DNA of 28,263 bases, from IMG/VR virus record IMGVR_UViG_3300020045_005420, positions 1 to 28,263 of that record. The stretch is one strand, 5' to 3'. Numbering within the stretch: position 1 is the stretch's first letter; each line of letters opens with the position of its first letter. The position numbers were made by a program, and so were the translations under genes. Source of the stretch: a virus (Duplodnaviria; Caudoviricetes). Below are positions 25,484-28,263 of the stretch, piece by piece. The notes beneath the pieces were generated by a model, which saw only the letters and a list, made by a program, of their open reading frames with translations, was not told the origin of the DNA and did no database searches.

Positions 25484-25653
25484 CCCGCCGGGAATATCGC
25501 GAAGCGGGGTGCGACGGCAAAGAAGGGCTCAGCCAGCGGCGCGCGGTCGAAATCGCAAAGGCGATGAAGCGCCGGGGCCGTCGCGGCGTCGAGCAATACA
25601 AATGCAATTTCTGCGGCAGCTGGCACGTTGGCGGATCGGCGGTCCATAAATGA
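25480..25653 (+). CDS. Small basic zinc-finger-like protein
   Basis: MTRREYREAGCDGK...YKCNFCGSWHVG, 57 aa with C...CxxC...H; ATGA overlaps on both sides. Confidence 0.7.
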   Translation: MTRREYREAGCDGKEGLSQRRAVEIAKAMKRRGRRGVEQYKCNFCGSWHVGGSAVHK

Positions 25654-27104
25654 TCCATCTCCGCGATGACCAAACAGATCTGCGCGTCAAGCTGCGGCTG
25701 GCCCTGCGCACGCATGGCTCGGTCCTTGCATATGCCCCGACTGGGTTCGGCAAAACCGTGCTGGCGTCGGCGCTGATCAAGATGATCACCGATGCGGGCA
25801 AGCGCGTGATCTTTGCCTGTCACCGGCTGGCGCTTTTGAAGCAAACCGCCGTGACCCTGGAAGGCTTCGGCCTGCCGTATTCCTACATCGCTGCCGGGTA
25901 TCATCACAACATTTACCGCAGCATCAACATCGCCTCGATCGACACCCTTAAGAACCGCCTCGGCAAACATCCCGCCGAATACCTGTTCATAGACGAGGCG
26001 CATCTGTCGGCCTCCGATGGCTGGGCCAAGGTCGTAGCCTTCTACAAAGCGAAGGGCACCAAGATCATCGGCCTGTCGGGCACGCCGATCCGGCTCGACG
26101 GCAAGCCGCTGGGCGCCGTGTGGGATACGATGGTCATGGGCCCGACGCCGCGCTGGCTGATCGAGAACGGGCACCTGTCCAAGTATCGCGCCTTTGCGCC
26201 GGCCGGGATCGACATGTCGGGCCTGCACACCCGCAAGGGCGAATATATCGCCAGCGAGATCGAGGATCTGATCGCCGGCAAGGCGGTCATGGCCGGGGCC
26301 GTGCGGCACTGGCGGCGCCTGGCGACTGGCCTGCGCACGATCGCCTTCGCTCCATCGATCAAGCGGTCACGCGAGCTGGCCGCAGAGTTCACGGCGAACG
26401 GGCATGTGTTCGTGGCGCTCGATGCCAACACGCCTCAGGCCGAGCGTGACGTGGCGTTCAATGCACTGGCCGATCGCCAGATCGACGGCATCGTTAACTG
26501 CAACCTGTTCAGCGAGGGGTTCGACATGTCTGCCCAGGTCGGGCGCGACGTGCCGATCGAATGCGTCCTCGACATGTACCCGACGCAATCGCTGGCCCGC
26601 CATCGGCAGAAGCATGGCCGCGGCCTGCGCAAGAAGCCCAAGCCCGCCGTGCTGATCGATCTGGTCGGGGGGTTCGCGCGCCTGGGCCTGCCGGATGACG
26701 ATGTCGAATGGTCGCTCGACGGCGAGGACAACGGCAAGCCCGAGGCCAAGCAAGAGGAGCGGGTGCGTACCTGCCCGCCACCGTGCGGGGCCACATATAC
26801 CCCGGCGCCGCAGTGCCCCGAGTGCGGGCTGGTCCACACAGCCAAGCCGCGCACCGTGGCCGAGGTCGAGGGCGAGCTTGCAGAGATCGACCAAGAGGCT
26901 GCACGCGCGGCGCGCAAGCAGCAGCATGAGGCGACGGCAAACAGCCTGGCCGACAAGATCCGCACCGGCAATCTGGACGATCCGAAGTTGGCCCGCGAGG
27001 TCGAGTATCTGATGCAGTCCGTGGTTGGCCGGCGCGCAAAGTCTCCCGCGAAATGGGCGGCGCATGTGATTTCAGCACGCATGGCAAAGAGGGCAACAGG
27101 ATGA
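25650..27104 (+). CDS. Superfamily 2 DEAH-box helicase (RadD/YejH-like) with C-terminal zinc ribbon
   Basis: APTGFGKT, IDEAH, LSGTP, LFSEGFD and QKHGRGLR motifs; CPPPC...CPECG. Confidence 0.93.
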   Translation: MIHLRDDQTDLRVKLRLALRTHGSVLAYAPTGFGKTVLASALIKMITDAGKRVIFACHRLALLKQTAVTLEGFGLPYSYIAAGYHHNIYRSINIASIDTLKNRLGKHPAEYLFIDEAHLSASDGWAKVVAFYKAKGTKIIGLSGTPIRLDGKPLGAVWDTMVMGPTPRWLIENGHLSKYRAFAPAGIDMSGLHTRKGEYIASEIEDLIAGKAVMAGAVRHWRRLATGLRTIAFAPSIKRSRELAAEFTANGHVFVALDANTPQAERDVAFNALADRQIDGIVNCNLFSEGFDMSAQVGRDVPIECVLDMYPTQSLARHRQKHGRGLRKKPKPAVLIDLVGGFARLGLPDDDVEWSLDGEDNGKPEAKQEERVRTCPPPCGATYTPAPQCPECGLVHTAKPRTVAEVEGELAEIDQEAARAARKQQHEATANSLADKIRTGNLDDPKLAREVEYLMQSVVGRRAKSPAKWAAHVISARMAKRATG

Positions 27105-27481
27105 ATGTCGTCACTACCAAATCCACGTCGCTCGGCGCGCAGCGTACCGCGATCCCATGCCCCTGCTGCGGGCACCAGATCCAGGCGCCATCGTTCGAGC
27201 AAATCGTTCACCACTACAAAATCGCGCCGCAAGCCGCGCGCCTGCTCGATGCCGTCTGGAAAGGCCGCGGCCTTCCGGTATCGACGCAGCGCATTTGCGA
27301 GGCCATCTGGCGCGACGATCCGAATGGGGGGCCACCGGAAGCGCGCATGTATCGCAATTTCCAGTGGGCTTTGCATCACCTGCGCGAATGCCTCGAAGGC
27401 TCTGGCGTGGCCGTGGAAAACGCCGGGTATAACCTGGGTTACAGACTGACAATGGGCGTTGCCCGGAAGGATGAACGATAA
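27101..27481 (+). CDS. Winged-helix DNA-binding protein (OmpR/PhoB C-terminal type) with N-terminal CPCCG knuckle
   Basis: ATGA overlap at 27101. RLLDAVWKGRGLPVSTQRICEAIW...LHHLRECLEGSGVAVENAGYNLGYRL follows the Trans_reg_C pattern; no receiver domain. Confidence 0.75.
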   Translation: MNVVTTKSTSLGAQRTAIPCPCCGHQIQAPSFEQIVHHYKIAPQAARLLDAVWKGRGLPVSTQRICEAIWRDDPNGGPPEARMYRNFQWALHHLRECLEGSGVAVENAGYNLGYRLTMGVARKDER

Positions 27482-27783
27482 TGGCCGTGAAAAAAATCAA
27501 GGACGTGGCTGTCAAGACTGGCGAATATCAGGGCAGCGATGGGCAGACCAAGGGGCGCTATCAGAACGTGGGCGCGCTGATGAAGTCGGATGACGGCTCG
27601 GTGTTCATCCTGCTCGAAAAGTGGTTCAACCCGGCCGGCGTGTCGGGCAATGCCGACAAGAGCAGTGTGCTGCTGTCGTGCTTTGATCTGCGCGACAAGG
27701 ATGATGCCGGCGCCGCTGCTGGATCGCCGCGGCCGGCCGCTGCTCGGCCTGCTGCCGACATGTCAGATGATATCCCCTTCTGA
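27481..27783 (+). CDS. SSB-like single-stranded DNA-binding protein
   Basis: KTGEYQGSDGQTKGRYQNVGALM beta-rich core and DDIPF C-terminal tail. Confidence 0.75.
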   Translation: MAVKKIKDVAVKTGEYQGSDGQTKGRYQNVGALMKSDDGSVFILLEKWFNPAGVSGNADKSSVLLSCFDLRDKDDAGAAAGSPRPAAARPAADMSDDIPF

Positions 27784-28263
27784 TGGCGACCGAAGCTGAC
27801 ATCATGCGGCGCCTGCAAAAACTGGCCACCACTCTCGGCGGTCGGCTTTTCAGGAACAACGTGGGCAAAGCCTGGATCGGCAGGGACGAGGAAATCCGTG
27901 AGACAAAACGGGTTCTGGTTCATGCCGGTGATGTGGTGATCCGCCAGGGTCGGCGGTTCCATGCCGGCCTGGCACCGGGGTCGGGAGATCTGATCGGCTT
28001 CATGCCTGTCAAGATCACGGCCGACATGGTGGGCACCGTGGTCGCGGTGTTTGCCAGCCCCGAGATCAAGACAGCGACCGGCCGCGCCACCACCGAACAG
28101 CTCGATTGGATCGCCATGGTGCGCAGGTTTGGCGGGTTTGCGGGCATCGCGCGCAATGATCAGGACTTGACCACGATCTTGTGCCCGCCGCATCTGTTTG
28201 CGCAAGGTGTTGACAATATCACAGCGATCGTTAACACTGCTCAGGCTTCCTCCCTGAAAGCAA
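27783..28263 (+). CDS. VRR-NUC domain nuclease / resolvase (3' end beyond the window)
   Basis: Own translation from ATG 27783: MATEADIMRRLQKLA...RLFRNNVG...GLAPGSGDLIG...PEIKTATGRATTEQLDWIAMVRRFGGFAGIAR. No stop before the window end, so absent from the ORF track. Confidence 0.88.
   Translation, partial: MATEADIMRRLQKLATTLGGRLFRNNVGKAWIGRDEEIRETKRVLVHAGDVVIRQGRRFHAGLAPGSGDLIGFMPVKITADMVGTVVAVFASPEIKTATGRATTEQLDWIAMVRRFGGFAGIARNDQDLTTILCPPHLFAQGVDNITAIVNTAQASSLKA
28210..28238 (+). promoter_or_regulatory. Possible internal promoter with operator-like site
   Basis: TTGACA(28210-28215) overlapping TGACAATATCACA and ATCACAGCGAT, with TAACACT 16-17 nt downstream. Confidence 0.4.

Noticed and set aside
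1-28263. CRISPR array, tRNA, rRNA, IS element, intron or intein
   Set aside because: No regularly spaced repeats, tRNA cloverleaf, transposase or splicing motifs seen by eye. The only multi-stem RNA found is the c4-like element.

Overview
This window is about 28 kb of a GC-rich, podovirus-type (T7-like tail, BPP-1/epsilon15-like gene order) phage or prophage, probably of an alphaproteobacterial host (inference from promoter style and protein families). The late operon on the + strand encodes tail tubular proteins A and B, a gp13-like acetyltransferase, ejection proteins (one with a peptidase M15 domain, and a 2642-aa polyvalent protein with two tandem ADP-ribosyltransferase-like domains and an HExxH metallopeptidase), a beta-helix tailspike, and a lysis region with a SleB-type hydrolase. 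A reverse-strand cassette interrupts this operon; it holds a membrane protein, a C4-like antisense RNA and rha. Next come a leftward early operon (RecE-like exonuclease, RecT, hypotheticals), a cI/cro switch, and a rightward operon (SF2 helicase, winged-helix regulator, SSB-like protein, VRR-NUC). The most notable observations are regulatory. (1) A four-copy motif, ATnnGnAnnnnCCAACCA-N8-YAnnnT, precedes late genes, and in each copy the -10-like hexamer lies in the 5' arm of a hairpin that occludes the downstream ribosome-binding site. (2) A C4/CI-type antisense RNA has matched targets over the rha start codon. (3) TGTGA-N3-TCACA operators form 29-30 bp-spaced triplets at both early promoters, with a remote copy at the rha promoter. 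No integrase lies at the late/early junction. All protein calls come from motif recognition and synteny, not database searches.
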